The notes under the pieces are model-generated. The model was not told the DNA's origin. It made no database searches and saw only the letters and a list, made by a program, of their open reading frames with translations. From contig VAYM01000109.1 in the NCBI GenBank assembly GCA_005884945.1, forward strand, positions 6,842 through 70,841: DNA of 64,000 nt, given 5' to 3'. The stretch is from Actinomycetota bacterium. Lineage in GTDB: Bacteria; Actinomycetota; Thermoleophilia; Gaiellales; Gaiellaceae. Numbering within the stretch: position 1 is the first letter of the stretch; every line of letters starts with the position of its first letter. A program made the translations under genes and the position numbers. Positions 10,241-19,076 of this stretch are shown here, piece by piece.

Positions 10241-11756
10241 GTGCTGGTCGCAATCGGAATCTTCATCGGCCTGATCGTCGGGGGGACGTTCGCCGTCATC
10301 GCCGCCGGCGTCACCGAGAAGTCGCGCCTCGGCCAGGCCCGCCGGCTGCGCAAGCAGATCCTCGACGACGCGAACCGCGAGGCCGAGTCCACACGCCGCG
10401 AGGCTGAGATCGGGGCGCGCGAGGAGGCCGTTCGCCTTCGCGCCGAGATCGACGCCGAGGTCTCCGAGCACCGCGCGCGGATCGTCAAGGTCGAGGAGCG
10501 CGTCCTCGCAAAAGAGGACGAGATCGACAAGAAGCTGACCGAGCTCTCCCGCCGCGAGCAGGGGCTCGCCGACCGGGAGGTCCACCTGAGGCAGCTCCAG
10601 GACGAGCAGAAGGCGGCGCGCGAGGAGCAGATGGGTCAGCTCGAGCGTATCTCCGGCATGACCGTCAACGAGGCGAAGCAGCATCTCCTCGAGCGCGCCG
10701 AGGACCTCGTCCGCCACGAGCTCGCGCGGCAGGTCCGCCAGCTCGAGGAGGAGGCACGCATCGAGGCGAAACGGCGCGCGCGAAACCTCGTCGCCGATGC
10801 GCTGCAGCGGGTCGCAGCGAGCCACGCCGCCGAGACGACGGTGTCGGTCGTCGAGCTCCCGTCGGACGACATGAAGGGCCGCATCATCGGCCGAGAAGGA
10901 CGCAACATCCGCTCCCTCGAGCACCTGACCGGCGTCGACTTCATCATCGACGACACGCCGAACGCCGTCGTGCTCTCGTCCTTCGACGGGATCCGCCGCG
11001 AGATCGCGAAGCTGACGCTGACGAAGCTGATCGAGGACGGCCGGATCCACCCGGCGCGCATCGAGGACACCTACTACGCGTCGAAGGCGGAGATCGAGGG
11101 GCGAGTTCCACGAAGAGCTCGTGAAAATCCTCGGCCGGCTGCGCTATCGCACGAGCTACGGTCAGAACGTCCTCAAGCACACGCTCGAGGTGGTCCACCT
11201 GGCGGGGATCATGGCCTCCGAGGTCGGCGCGTCGGTGAAGCTCACGAAGCGCGCGGCGTTGCTGCACGACCTCGGCAAGGCCATGACCCACGAGGTCGAC
11301 GGCTCGCATGCGTCGATCTCCGCGCAGCTCGCGCGCCGCTACGGGGAATCGCAGCACGTCGTCCACGCCATTGAGGCACACCACTACGAGGTCGAGCCGC
11401 AGACCGTCGAGGCCGTGCTGTTGATCTCGGCGGACGCGATCTCGGCGTCACGTCCGGGCGCCCGCGGCGAGAGCCTCGAGCACTACATCAAGCGGCTCGA
11501 AGCGCTCGAGGAGCTCGCGGCGCAGAAGCCGGGCGTGGAGAAGGTCTACGCGCTCCAGGCGGGCCGCGAGATCCGCGTCATCGTGCGGCCCGGCGACGTG
11601 GACGACGACGGCGCGGTGCTCCTCTCACACGAGATCGCACGCGAGATCGAGGATCAGCTCGAGTATCCCGGGCAGGTGAAGGTGACGGTGATCCGCGAGA
11701 GTCGCGCGGTCGACGTGGCGCGGAACGCCACGGGCCACATGAACCACGCCGCCTAG
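10241..11756 (+). pseudogene. rny: ribonuclease Y, apparently frameshifted between the KH and HD domains
   Basis: GTG at 10241 is preceded by CAGGAGAG. The TM helix, coiled coil and KH domain ([23 protein letters not shown]) are in frame 2 up to ...[10 protein letters not shown] (about 11100). The HD domain ([25 protein letters not shown]...LLHDLGKA) continues in frame 3 from 11106. About 13-15 residues are missing relative to Bacillus RNase Y. Confidence 0.75.
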
Positions 11757-11847
11757 CTGCAGAGTCGCCAAGGGCGCCGGCCCGAGCATCGAGTCGTCCA
11801 CGCGCGGGACGGCGCGGTGACCTCGCAGACGCCGAGGCAGGCGAGCA

Positions 11848-11874
11848 GCAGCGCCGCTCGTGCTGCGGCGCTGC
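11848..11874. terminator. GC-rich hairpin between the convergent rny and PKD genes
   Basis: CAGCGCCGC (11849-11857) pairs perfectly with GCGGCGCTG (11865-11873) around a 7-nt loop. There is no clear U-tract. Confidence 0.4.
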
Positions 11875-11898
11875 CGGCACGCCGAACGTCCGTATTCC

Positions 11899-13056
11899 TC
11901 AGAGCTGCGTCGAGAGCAGCTTGAGCTCGGCCGCCTCCGCGGCTGTCAGGCCCTTGCCGATCTTCGCGTCGACCATGTTCCTGAATGCTCCGAGCAGACC
12001 ATCTTTTGCGGTCGCCGACGCGGCAGCCGCTGCCTCATCGAGCTTGTGGCACAGGGCGGCGGCGACCTTCGGGTCGCTCGAATACGCGCGGACCAGGTGG
12101 CAGAGGCCGTCGAATGTCACCTCCACGTCGACGGTGGCTCGGTACTCGGTCGTGCCGCCGTCCTTGTCGCGGATCATTGCGCCGACGGACACCGATCCCA
12201 GGTCCGATGCCGTGCACGTCGTCTCGGACGAGGAATCGAAAGCCCCGTAGCCACTCCCGCAGTCGAAGGCGTACGTGAAACCGGCTGCCGTGTCGGCTGC
12301 CGATGGATCCTCCGGCCCTGACAACGAGAGAGTGAACGGAATGCCCGGGGATGCGGACGTCGGCGCGTCGAAGGTTGCGGTCGGCGAGACGTTCGAGACC
12401 GTAACGGTCGCGTCCCCGGCTGCGGTCAGCCCTCCGTCGTCCGTCACCATGACGTGAACGGTCGCGGAGGCCGGACCGTCGTCAGCCGAAAACGTGACGG
12501 TCTGTCCGGAAGTCTCGAACGTTCCGTTGTCGTCGAGGTCCCACGCGTATGTCAGCGGTCCGCCTTCCGGGTCGACGCCGGTCGCCGTGAGCTGAACGCT
12601 TCCACCCTCGCCGACGGCGTACGGCCCGCCCGGGTCGACTGTCGGCGGCTCGTTCACCGGCTGCGCGGGAGTGATCGTGACCGAGATCGTCGCGAAGCCC
12701 GTTCCTCCCTCCTCGTCGTTCACCACGCAGAAGATTCCGACCGAGCCGGGCAGCGTGCCGGCCGCCACGGTGGCGAGCTCCGAGAACGTCAGGTCGCCGG
12801 GAGTGACGTCGCCGTTCATGCCGTCGTCGTGGAGCAGCGTCATCACGCCTCCGATCGGCGCGAGATTGCAGACGACGCCGATGCCCGTGCTGCCGGCAGC
12901 GGGAGTTACGGCGACCGTCAACAACGTCGTGCCTCCGGCGGCCACGCTCGACGGGCTCGCCGCGCCGACCGCCGGCAGATTCGCCGCGGCGGCGGTGGGC
13001 ACGAATACGACCGAAGCCACCGCCAGGATCGCGGCCGCTAGGTATTTGGTCGCCAC
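11899..13056 (-). CDS. secreted PKD-domain protein with a helical C-terminal tail
   Basis: Signal peptide MATKYLAAAILAVASVVFVPTAAAA. PKD-like repeats are present (PPTVDPGGPY...YAWDLDDNGTFE...VTVSNVSPTA). The C-terminus (DGLLGAFRNMVDAKIGKGLTAAEAAELKLLSTQL) resembles helical tails found on secreted actinobacterial enzymes. Confidence 0.7.
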   Translation of the reverse strand: MATKYLAAAILAVASVVFVPTAAAANLPAVGAASPSSVAAGGTTLLTVAVTPAAGSTGIGVVCNLAPIGGVMTLLHDDGMNGDVTPGDLTFSELATVAAGTLPGSVGIFCVVNDEEGGTGFATISVTITPAQPVNEPPTVDPGGPYAVGEGGSVQLTATGVDPEGGPLTYAWDLDDNGTFETSGQTVTFSADDGPASATVHVMVTDDGGLTAAGDATVTVSNVSPTATFDAPTSASPGIPFTLSLSGPEDPSAADTAAGFTYAFDCGSGYGAFDSSSETTCTASDLGSVSVGAMIRDKDGGTTEYRATVDVEVTFDGLCHLVRAYSSDPKVAAALCHKLDEAAAAASATAKDGLLGAFRNMVDAKIGKGLTAAEAAELKLLSTQL

Positions 13057-13193
13057 GAGATCCTCCTCGCTCGGAACTGACGGCCACCGAACGGTGACAC
13101 GTCCCTCGGGGTGTGTCTACGGATCGGCTGAACAAACGCTGAAAGCTCCGTTCGAGCTGGTGCAGGCGGGGGCCCCTGGCACAATGTCCGCCG

Positions 13194-14519
13194 GTGCGGC
13201 GCTACCACGTCACCACGTTCGGCTGCCAGATGAACGCTCACGATTCCGAGCGGATCAAGGGCATGCTCGAGGAGCTCGGGCTGGGGGAGGCCACCGACGC
13301 CGAGGCCGCAGACGTGCTCGTGTTCAACACGTGCACGATCCGGGAGAAGCCGGACACGAAGTTCGCCGCGTACCTGGGCCAGGCGATCGCCCGGAAGCGA
13401 GAGCGGCCGGGGACGGTCATCGCGGTCGGCGGCTGCTACGCCGAGGCGCAGCGCGAGCGTCTCTTCGACCTCTATCCGGAGGTCGACGTCGCGTTCGGCC
13501 CGGGATCGATTCCTCATCTCGGCGAATGGCTCGGTGCCGGCGGGTTCGGCGTCGCGCGCGGGAGCTTCGGGCTCGACGACCGTGCGTTCGCCGGTGAGCT
13601 GCCGATGCACCGCGAGCGCCCGTTCCAGGCGTGGGTGCAGATCTCGATGGGCTGCAACTCGAAGTGCTCGTACTGCATCGTTCCGGCGGTGCGCGGTCGC
13701 GAGATCTCTCGTCGGCCGGGAGAGGTCGTCGCGGAGGTGACGCGACTCGCCGCCGACGGCGTGCGCGAAGTCACGCTGCTCGGCCAGAACGTCAACTCGT
13801 GGGGCCGCGACCTCTTGCCGGACATCCGGACCGAGTTCGGCGAGCTCCTGCGTGCGTGCGACGCGATCGACGGCGTCGAGCGAATCCGGTTCACGAGCCC
13901 GCATCCGAAGGACTTCCGCGCACCGGTGATCGCCGCGATGGCGGAGTGCGACGCGGTCTGCGAGCACGCACACCTGCCGTTGCAGTCCGGGTCGACGCGC
14001 ATCCTGAAGGCGATGCGGCGGACGTACACGCGCGAGCGGTACCTGCGGCTCGTCGACGAGCTGCGCGCGGCCGTTCCCGACCTCGCGCTCACGACCGACC
14101 TGATCGTCGGCTTTCCGGGCGAGACCGAGGCGGACTTTCGCGACACGCTCGCGGCGGTCGAAGAGGTCGGATACGACGCCGCGTTTACGTTCGTCTACTC
14201 GCCGCGGGCGGGGACGGACGCTGCGTCGATGGAGGACCAGATCGCCGACGACGTGAAACGGGATCGAATCGAGCGTCTCGTCGAGGTCGTCCAGCGTGTC
14301 GCGCAGCGGTGCAACGAGGCGCGCGTCGGCCGCGTGGAGGAAGTGCTCGTCGAAGGACCGAGCCGGACCGATCCAGCATTGTTTCGCGGACGGACGCGGC
14401 GGAACACGACCGTGAACTTCACCGGGACCGCCGAGCCGGGCGAGCTCGTCGAGGTGCGGATCGAAGCCGCGACTTCGACGACGCTTCGCGGCGCGCAGGC
14501 GGTGGCGGCCGCGGCATGA
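13194..14519 (+). CDS. miaB: tRNA (N6-isopentenyladenosine-37) methylthiotransferase MiaB
   Basis: N-terminal YHVTTFGCQMNAHDSE, the radical-SAM motif CNSKCSYC and a TRAM-like C-terminus. Confidence 0.92.
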   Translation: MRRYHVTTFGCQMNAHDSERIKGMLEELGLGEATDAEAADVLVFNTCTIREKPDTKFAAYLGQAIARKRERPGTVIAVGGCYAEAQRERLFDLYPEVDVAFGPGSIPHLGEWLGAGGFGVARGSFGLDDRAFAGELPMHRERPFQAWVQISMGCNSKCSYCIVPAVRGREISRRPGEVVAEVTRLAADGVREVTLLGQNVNSWGRDLLPDIRTEFGELLRACDAIDGVERIRFTSPHPKDFRAPVIAAMAECDAVCEHAHLPLQSGSTRILKAMRRTYTRERYLRLVDELRAAVPDLALTTDLIVGFPGETEADFRDTLAAVEEVGYDAAFTFVYSPRAGTDAASMEDQIADDVKRDRIERLVEVVQRVAQRCNEARVGRVEEVLVEGPSRTDPALFRGRTRRNTTVNFTGTAEPGELVEVRIEAATSTTLRGAQAVAAAA

Positions 14520-15559
14520 GGATTCTCGTCACCGGCTCGTCTGGGCAGATCGGCACGAACCTCGCGTTGCGGCTGATCGCGGACGGCCACGACGTCTTTG
14601 GCGTCGACAAGCGCCTGAACACGTGGACGGACGTGTTCCGCTATCTCCTCCAGGATCTCTCCGGGCACTATCCGTCGTTCCCCGGCGGCATCGGCGGCGT
14701 CGAGTACCCGGACGTCGACCTCGTCGTCCACCTCGCCGCGCACGCGAAGGTGCATCAGCTCGTGCGCCAGCCGCATCGTGCGCTCGAGAACGCGGTGATG
14801 ACGTTCAACGTGCTCGAGTTCTGCCGCCAGCAAGGCCTGCCGATCGTCTTCTCCTCGAGCCGTGAGGTCTACGGCGACGTGCATCGCTTCTCGGCGGAGG
14901 AAGCCAAGGAGACGAGCGCGGACTTCGCGTATACGGAGTCGACGTACTCCGCGTCGAAGATCGCCGGCGAGGCACTCATCTACTCGTACGCGCGCTGTTA
15001 CGGGCTGAAGTACCTCGTCTTCCGCTTCTCGAACGTCTACGGGCGCTATGACAACGACCTCGCGCGCATGGTGCGTGTCATCCCGCTCTTCATCCACACG
15101 ATGATGCGCGACGAGCCGATCACGGTTTTCGGTCCCGAGAAGACGCTCGACTTCACGTACGTCGAAGACTGCGTCGACGGCATCGCGCGCGGTATCGAAG
15201 CGCTGACCGACGGCCGCGTTGTGAACGAGACGATCAACCTCGCGTACGGGCAGGGGAACACGCTCGTGCACGCGGCCGAGCTGATCGCCGGTGAGCTGGA
15301 AGTCGAGCCGAAGATCACGCTGGCGCCGTCTCTGCTCGGCGAGGTGACCCACTACGTCGCCGACCTGTCGAAGGCGCGCGAGCTGCTCGGTTACGAGCCC
15401 GGAGTGTCGCTCGACGAGGGCATTCCGCGTGCCGTCGCCTGGTTCCGCGAGCATCGCGCCGCGCATCCGGAGGAGGACTCGGCCTTGCCGGCCGACACGC
15501 TGTTCCCGCAGGACGCCGAGCTTGCGTGGAAGCAGGGCTCGACCGTTCCCTCCGGCTAA
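14516..15559 (+). CDS. NAD-dependent epimerase/dehydratase family protein
   Basis: ATG at 14516 overlaps the miaB stop (ATGA). Rossmann motif VTGSSGQIG and catalytic YSASK are present. It lies inside the long shadow ORF 13631-15559. Confidence 0.85.
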   Translation: MRILVTGSSGQIGTNLALRLIADGHDVFGVDKRLNTWTDVFRYLLQDLSGHYPSFPGGIGGVEYPDVDLVVHLAAHAKVHQLVRQPHRALENAVMTFNVLEFCRQQGLPIVFSSSREVYGDVHRFSAEEAKETSADFAYTESTYSASKIAGEALIYSYARCYGLKYLVFRFSNVYGRYDNDLARMVRVIPLFIHTMMRDEPITVFGPEKTLDFTYVEDCVDGIARGIEALTDGRVVNETINLAYGQGNTLVHAAELIAGELEVEPKITLAPSLLGEVTHYVADLSKARELLGYEPGVSLDEGIPRAVAWFREHRAAHPEEDSALPADTLFPQDAELAWKQGSTVPSG

Positions 15560-16459
15560 GTGGTTCTCGCGATCTTCGGCCCGACGGCGTCGGGCAAGAC
15601 CGCCGTCGCAGAGGCGATTGCGGATCGGATCGGCGGCGAGGTCGTGTCGGCGGACTCGATGCAGGCCTACCGCGGACTGCCGATCCTGACGGCGCAGCCA
15701 CGCAGCCCGACGCGGCTCGTCGGCATCTGGCCGCTGTCGCATGAGGGCTCGGTGGGGGAATACGGCGCGCTTGCCCACACGGCGATCGACGAGCTGCTGG
15801 CGGCCGGCCGGACTCCGGTCGTCGCGGGCGGCACGGGGCTGTATCTCCGTGCGGCCCTCGTCGATCTCCAGCTGCCGCCTGCGCCGTCGCGCGAGCTGCG
15901 CGGCCACTGGGAGCGTCTGTACGACCGCATCGGGGCCGCGAACGCGTACGCGTTGCTCGCCGAGCGCGATCCCGAGGCCGCGTCACAGGTGCATCGAAAC
16001 GACCGCCGGAGGGTCGTGCGTGCACTCGAGCTGTGGGCGCTCGGGTCGTCGCTCCGTCCGTCTTCGGCGCAGCTCTGGAGCGAGGAGATGCGCCGTCCGA
16101 CGATTGTCTTCGGGCTCGAGGTGCCGCGCGACGTCCTCCTCACGCGGATCGATGCGCGCACACGGCAGATGTTCGAGGCAGGTGTCGAGGACGAGGTGCA
16201 CGCAGCGTTGCTGGGTCCGATTTCGGCGACCGCCTTGCATGCGCTCGGCTTGCGCGAGATCGCGGACCTCGGGCGTGAGCGCGCGCGCGAGGCGTTGATC
16301 GTGCGAACACGACGATATGCGGCTTACCAGCGCAAGTGGATGCGGCGTATTCCGGGGCTTGTTACGGTCAACGCCGATCGTCCCCCGGGCGAGATCGCGG
16401 ATGACATCCTCGAAATGGCAAGCGCTCGGCAACGTCTACCTGCTGGTCGAGCGGGGTGA
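15560..16459 (+). CDS. miaA: tRNA dimethylallyltransferase MiaA
   Basis: P-loop GPTASGKT, SADSMQAYRGLPILTAQP, and RRYAAYQRKWMRR at the C-terminus. Confidence 0.92.
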   Translation: MVLAIFGPTASGKTAVAEAIADRIGGEVVSADSMQAYRGLPILTAQPRSPTRLVGIWPLSHEGSVGEYGALAHTAIDELLAAGRTPVVAGGTGLYLRAALVDLQLPPAPSRELRGHWERLYDRIGAANAYALLAERDPEAASQVHRNDRRRVVRALELWALGSSLRPSSAQLWSEEMRRPTIVFGLEVPRDVLLTRIDARTRQMFEAGVEDEVHAALLGPISATALHALGLREIADLGRERAREALIVRTRRYAAYQRKWMRRIPGLVTVNADRPPGEIADDILEMASARQRLPAGRAG

Positions 16460-17093
16460 CCTGACGCCGGAGGCCGCGCGCGCCGAGGCTCGTGGAACGG
16501 ACGGAATCGTGCAGGTCGTCGCCGGCGGCGAGGACTGGGTCGACGTCGTGATTTGGAATCCCGACGGTTCGACCGCGGAGATGTCCGGGAACGGCACACG
16601 GATCGCCGCGCGCTGGCTGGCGGAGCGAACGGGCGCCGAGCGAGTGCGGGTCCGCGTCGGCTGCCGTGAGGTCGTCGCACGGATGCTCCAGGGCGGGGAG
16701 GTCGAGCAGGAGCTCGGCCCGGTCGAGGTCGGCGAGCCGGAGTCGGTCGACGGCATCGAGCTCGTCACGGTGTCGGTCGGGAATCCGCACGCGGTCGTCC
16801 GCGGCGATCCCGACGACATCGTCGCGATCGGACCGCGGCTGGAGACGCATGCTCGCTTTCCGGAGCGCACGAACGTGCAGGTCGTGCGCGTCGACGCGCC
16901 GGGTGAGGTCACCGCGCGCGTGTGGGAGCGCGGTGTGGGGGAGACGGCGGCGTCCGGCACGAGCGCGGTCGCGGTCGCAGCAGCGACGCAGGCCGACGGC
17001 GAGGTCGTCGTCCATTTCCCGGGCGGTGACCTGCGCGTGCGGCTCGATCACGGCCGCGCGTTCCTCACGGGCCCGGCCGAAAGAATCGAGTAA
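16401..17093 (+). CDS. dapF: diaminopimelate epimerase-like protein (both catalytic Cys positions are Ser)
   Basis: DapF fold signatures are present (WNPDGSTAEMSGNGTRIAARW, VSVGNPHAV, FPERTNVQVV, RVWERGVGETAASGTS), and it holds the canonical miaA-dapF-hflX position. The start at the ATG at 16401 is inferred. Confidence 0.75.
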   Translation: MTSSKWQALGNVYLLVERGDLTPEAARAEARGTDGIVQVVAGGEDWVDVVIWNPDGSTAEMSGNGTRIAARWLAERTGAERVRVRVGCREVVARMLQGGEVEQELGPVEVGEPESVDGIELVTVSVGNPHAVVRGDPDDIVAIGPRLETHARFPERTNVQVVRVDAPGEVTARVWERGVGETAASGTSAVAVAAATQADGEVVVHFPGGDLRVRLDHGRAFLTGPAERIE

Positions 17094-17126
17094 CGCACCA
17101 GCGCCTGTCCTTGTCGGCCATGTCCT

Positions 17127-17188
17127 CGCACCCCCACCCATTCGAAGGGTGGGGATGAACGCCCGCCGCCCTCGGAGTCGACGATACC
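17127..17188 (+). repeat. dispersed intergenic hairpin repeat, copy A
   Basis: cgcaCCCCCACCCattcgaaGGGTGGGGatgaacgcccgccgccctcggagtcgacgatacc. It is closely similar to 40999-41057 and, in reverse orientation, to 21304-21361. Confidence 0.85.
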
Positions 17189-17229
17189 GGCTCGCGCCGC
17201 ACGCGTCTGTGCAAATTTCGCGCCGAAAC

Positions 17230-17891
17230 TCAGGCGCCGAGACCGTGCTCGCGCAGCGCCTCGTTCAGGCTCACCCTCAGGTTCGTCGACTCGCTCCGCC
17301 AGCCGATGATCAGTGCGCACGCGAGGTTGTACGTCCCCGCCGGAAACTCGCGCGGCCGGGTCCCCGGGACGACGACCGCGCGCGGGGGAACCGAGCCGCG
17401 GTGCTCCACGGCCTCAGTACCCGTCACGTCGATGATCGGCACCGTCGCGGTCAGCGACACGTTCGGCCCGAGCACGGCACCGGCGCCGACGCGCACGCCC
17501 TCGGTCAGGATGCACCGCGAGCCGACGAACGCGCCGTCCTCGACGATCACCGGGCGGGCCCCGGGCGGTTCGAGCACTCCGCCGATCCCGACGCCCCCGG
17601 CAAGATGTACGTCCGCGCCGATCTGAGCGCCGGAGCCGACGGTCGCCCATGTGTCGACCATCGTCCGCGGCCCGACCCACGCGCCGATGTTCACGTAGCC
17701 TTGAGCGGGATCTTGTCGTAATACTCGAACGGCCCGACCTCCTGAGGCTGCATCTCGCGCAGCCGGAAGTACTCGAGGATCGCCTCTTGTGCTTCGGCGT
17801 TGACGCGCCAGCCGTCGCCGTCGGGCTCGGCGACGCGCAACTCCCCGCGGTCGAGTGCCGCAATGACCTCCTCGACGCGCTCGGGCCTCAT
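17230..17891 (-). pseudogene. dapD: tetrahydrodipicolinate N-succinyltransferase DapD, split into two overlapping ORFs
   Basis: N-terminal ORF 17691-17891 reads MRPERVEEVIAALDRGELRVAEP...YYDKIPLKAT*. C-terminal ORF 17230-17694 reads VNIGAWVGPRTMVDTWATVGSGAQIG...GGVLEP. The junction is a GTGA overlap. About 35 residues are absent between KIPLK and YVNIGA relative to E. coli DapD. Confidence 0.7.
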
Positions 17892-19066
17892 AGGATCTCG
17901 TCGAAGATCGCGGCCGCGCGCCGGCACTCGTCCTCAGACGGCACGAGCGCTAGCCGCCAGTAGCCCTCGCCCGCCGTGCCGAAGAACGATCCCGGCGACA
18001 CGATCAAGCCGTGCTCGAGCAGTCCGGCCGCGAACTCCTCCGAGCTTTCGGCGCCCGGCACCTCGAGCCACAGGTACATCGTCGCGACGCTGCCCGCGAC
18101 GCGGATTCCTTTCTTTCGCAGCACGGGCAGGAGAACGTCGCGTTTGCGTCGGTAGATCGAGCGCGTCCGCTCGACGTGATCCTCGTCGTTCCACGCAACG
18201 ATCGACGCGCGCTGTACGAACTCCTGCGGCGCGGTCCCGACCGAGGGACGGAACTGCTTCAGCGCCGCGACGATTTCCTCATCGGCAGCGACGAACCCGG
18301 AGCGGTAACCCGTCATCGACGAGCGCTTGCTGAGCGTATTGAAGACTGCGACGTTCCCTTCGCTCCGCACCTCGAGCGCGGAGTGGGGCGGGTCTTCGAA
18401 CCAGAGCTCCGTGTATGCCTCGTCGGCCGCGACGAGGAAATCGTGCTCGCGCGACAGGCGCGACAGCCGCGCGAGGAAGTCGAGGGGCGCAACGGCGCCG
18501 GTCGGGTTGTTCGGGTAGTTGATCCAGACGATCGCTGTCCGCTCCCATGTGTCGACGTCCACCGCATCGAGATCCGGGAGGAACGCGTTCGTCTCGAGCA
18601 GCGGCAGCTGCGCAACGTCCGCCCCGGCGAAGGCGGCGCCGCGCTCCGGCACCGGGTAGCCCGGCTCGGTCGTCAGGACGAGACGCTTGTCGGAGTCACG
18701 GTCGACGAGGACCTGGGCGAGCAGGAAGATCGCCTCCTTCGACCCGTACGTCGGCACGATCTCCTTGTCCGGATCGAGGTCGACCCCGAACCGCCGCGCG
18801 CACCAGCCGGCGATCGCCTCGCGCAGCTCCGGGAGTCCCTCGGCGAGCGGGTAGCCCATGCGCTCCTCGAGCGCGCCGGCGAGAGCCTGGCGGATCGCCG
18901 CGTCCGTCGCCTCCATCGGATCGCCCTTGCCGAAGTCGACGAGCTCGACCCCATCGGCCGCAAGCCGTCGCCTCGCCTGCTCGAGCTTCACGAACGGGTA
19001 CGCCCCGGTGGCGCGGAGGACGGGGGAGATGTTCACGATGTCGGGATTCTGCCCGGAGGCGGGCAT
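17888..19066 (-). CDS. dapC: PLP-dependent aminotransferase, probable succinyldiaminopimelate aminotransferase
   Basis: Class I/II aminotransferase signatures (NYPNNPTG, FNTLSKRSSMTGYRSG). It lies upstream of and is translationally coupled (ATGA) to dapD. The start is at MPASGQNPD. Confidence 0.8.
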   Translation of the reverse strand: MPASGQNPDIVNISPVLRATGAYPFVKLEQARRRLAADGVELVDFGKGDPMEATDAAIRQALAGALEERMGYPLAEGLPELREAIAGWCARRFGVDLDPDKEIVPTYGSKEAIFLLAQVLVDRDSDKRLVLTTEPGYPVPERGAAFAGADVAQLPLLETNAFLPDLDAVDVDTWERTAIVWINYPNNPTGAVAPLDFLARLSRLSREHDFLVAADEAYTELWFEDPPHSALEVRSEGNVAVFNTLSKRSSMTGYRSGFVAADEEIVAALKQFRPSVGTAPQEFVQRASIVAWNDEDHVERTRSIYRRKRDVLLPVLRKKGIRVAGSVATMYLWLEVPGAESSEEFAAGLLEHGLIVSPGSFFGTAGEGYWRLALVPSEDECRRAAAIFDEIL

Positions 19067-19076
19067 AATCCGGGAC

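Noticed and set aside
14516-15559. An NAD-dependent epimerase gene wedged between miaB and miaA, with an ATGA overlap to miaB.
   Set aside because: It is unusual-looking synteny, but the gene belongs to a common and well-understood family. Nothing in the sequence suggests a novel function.
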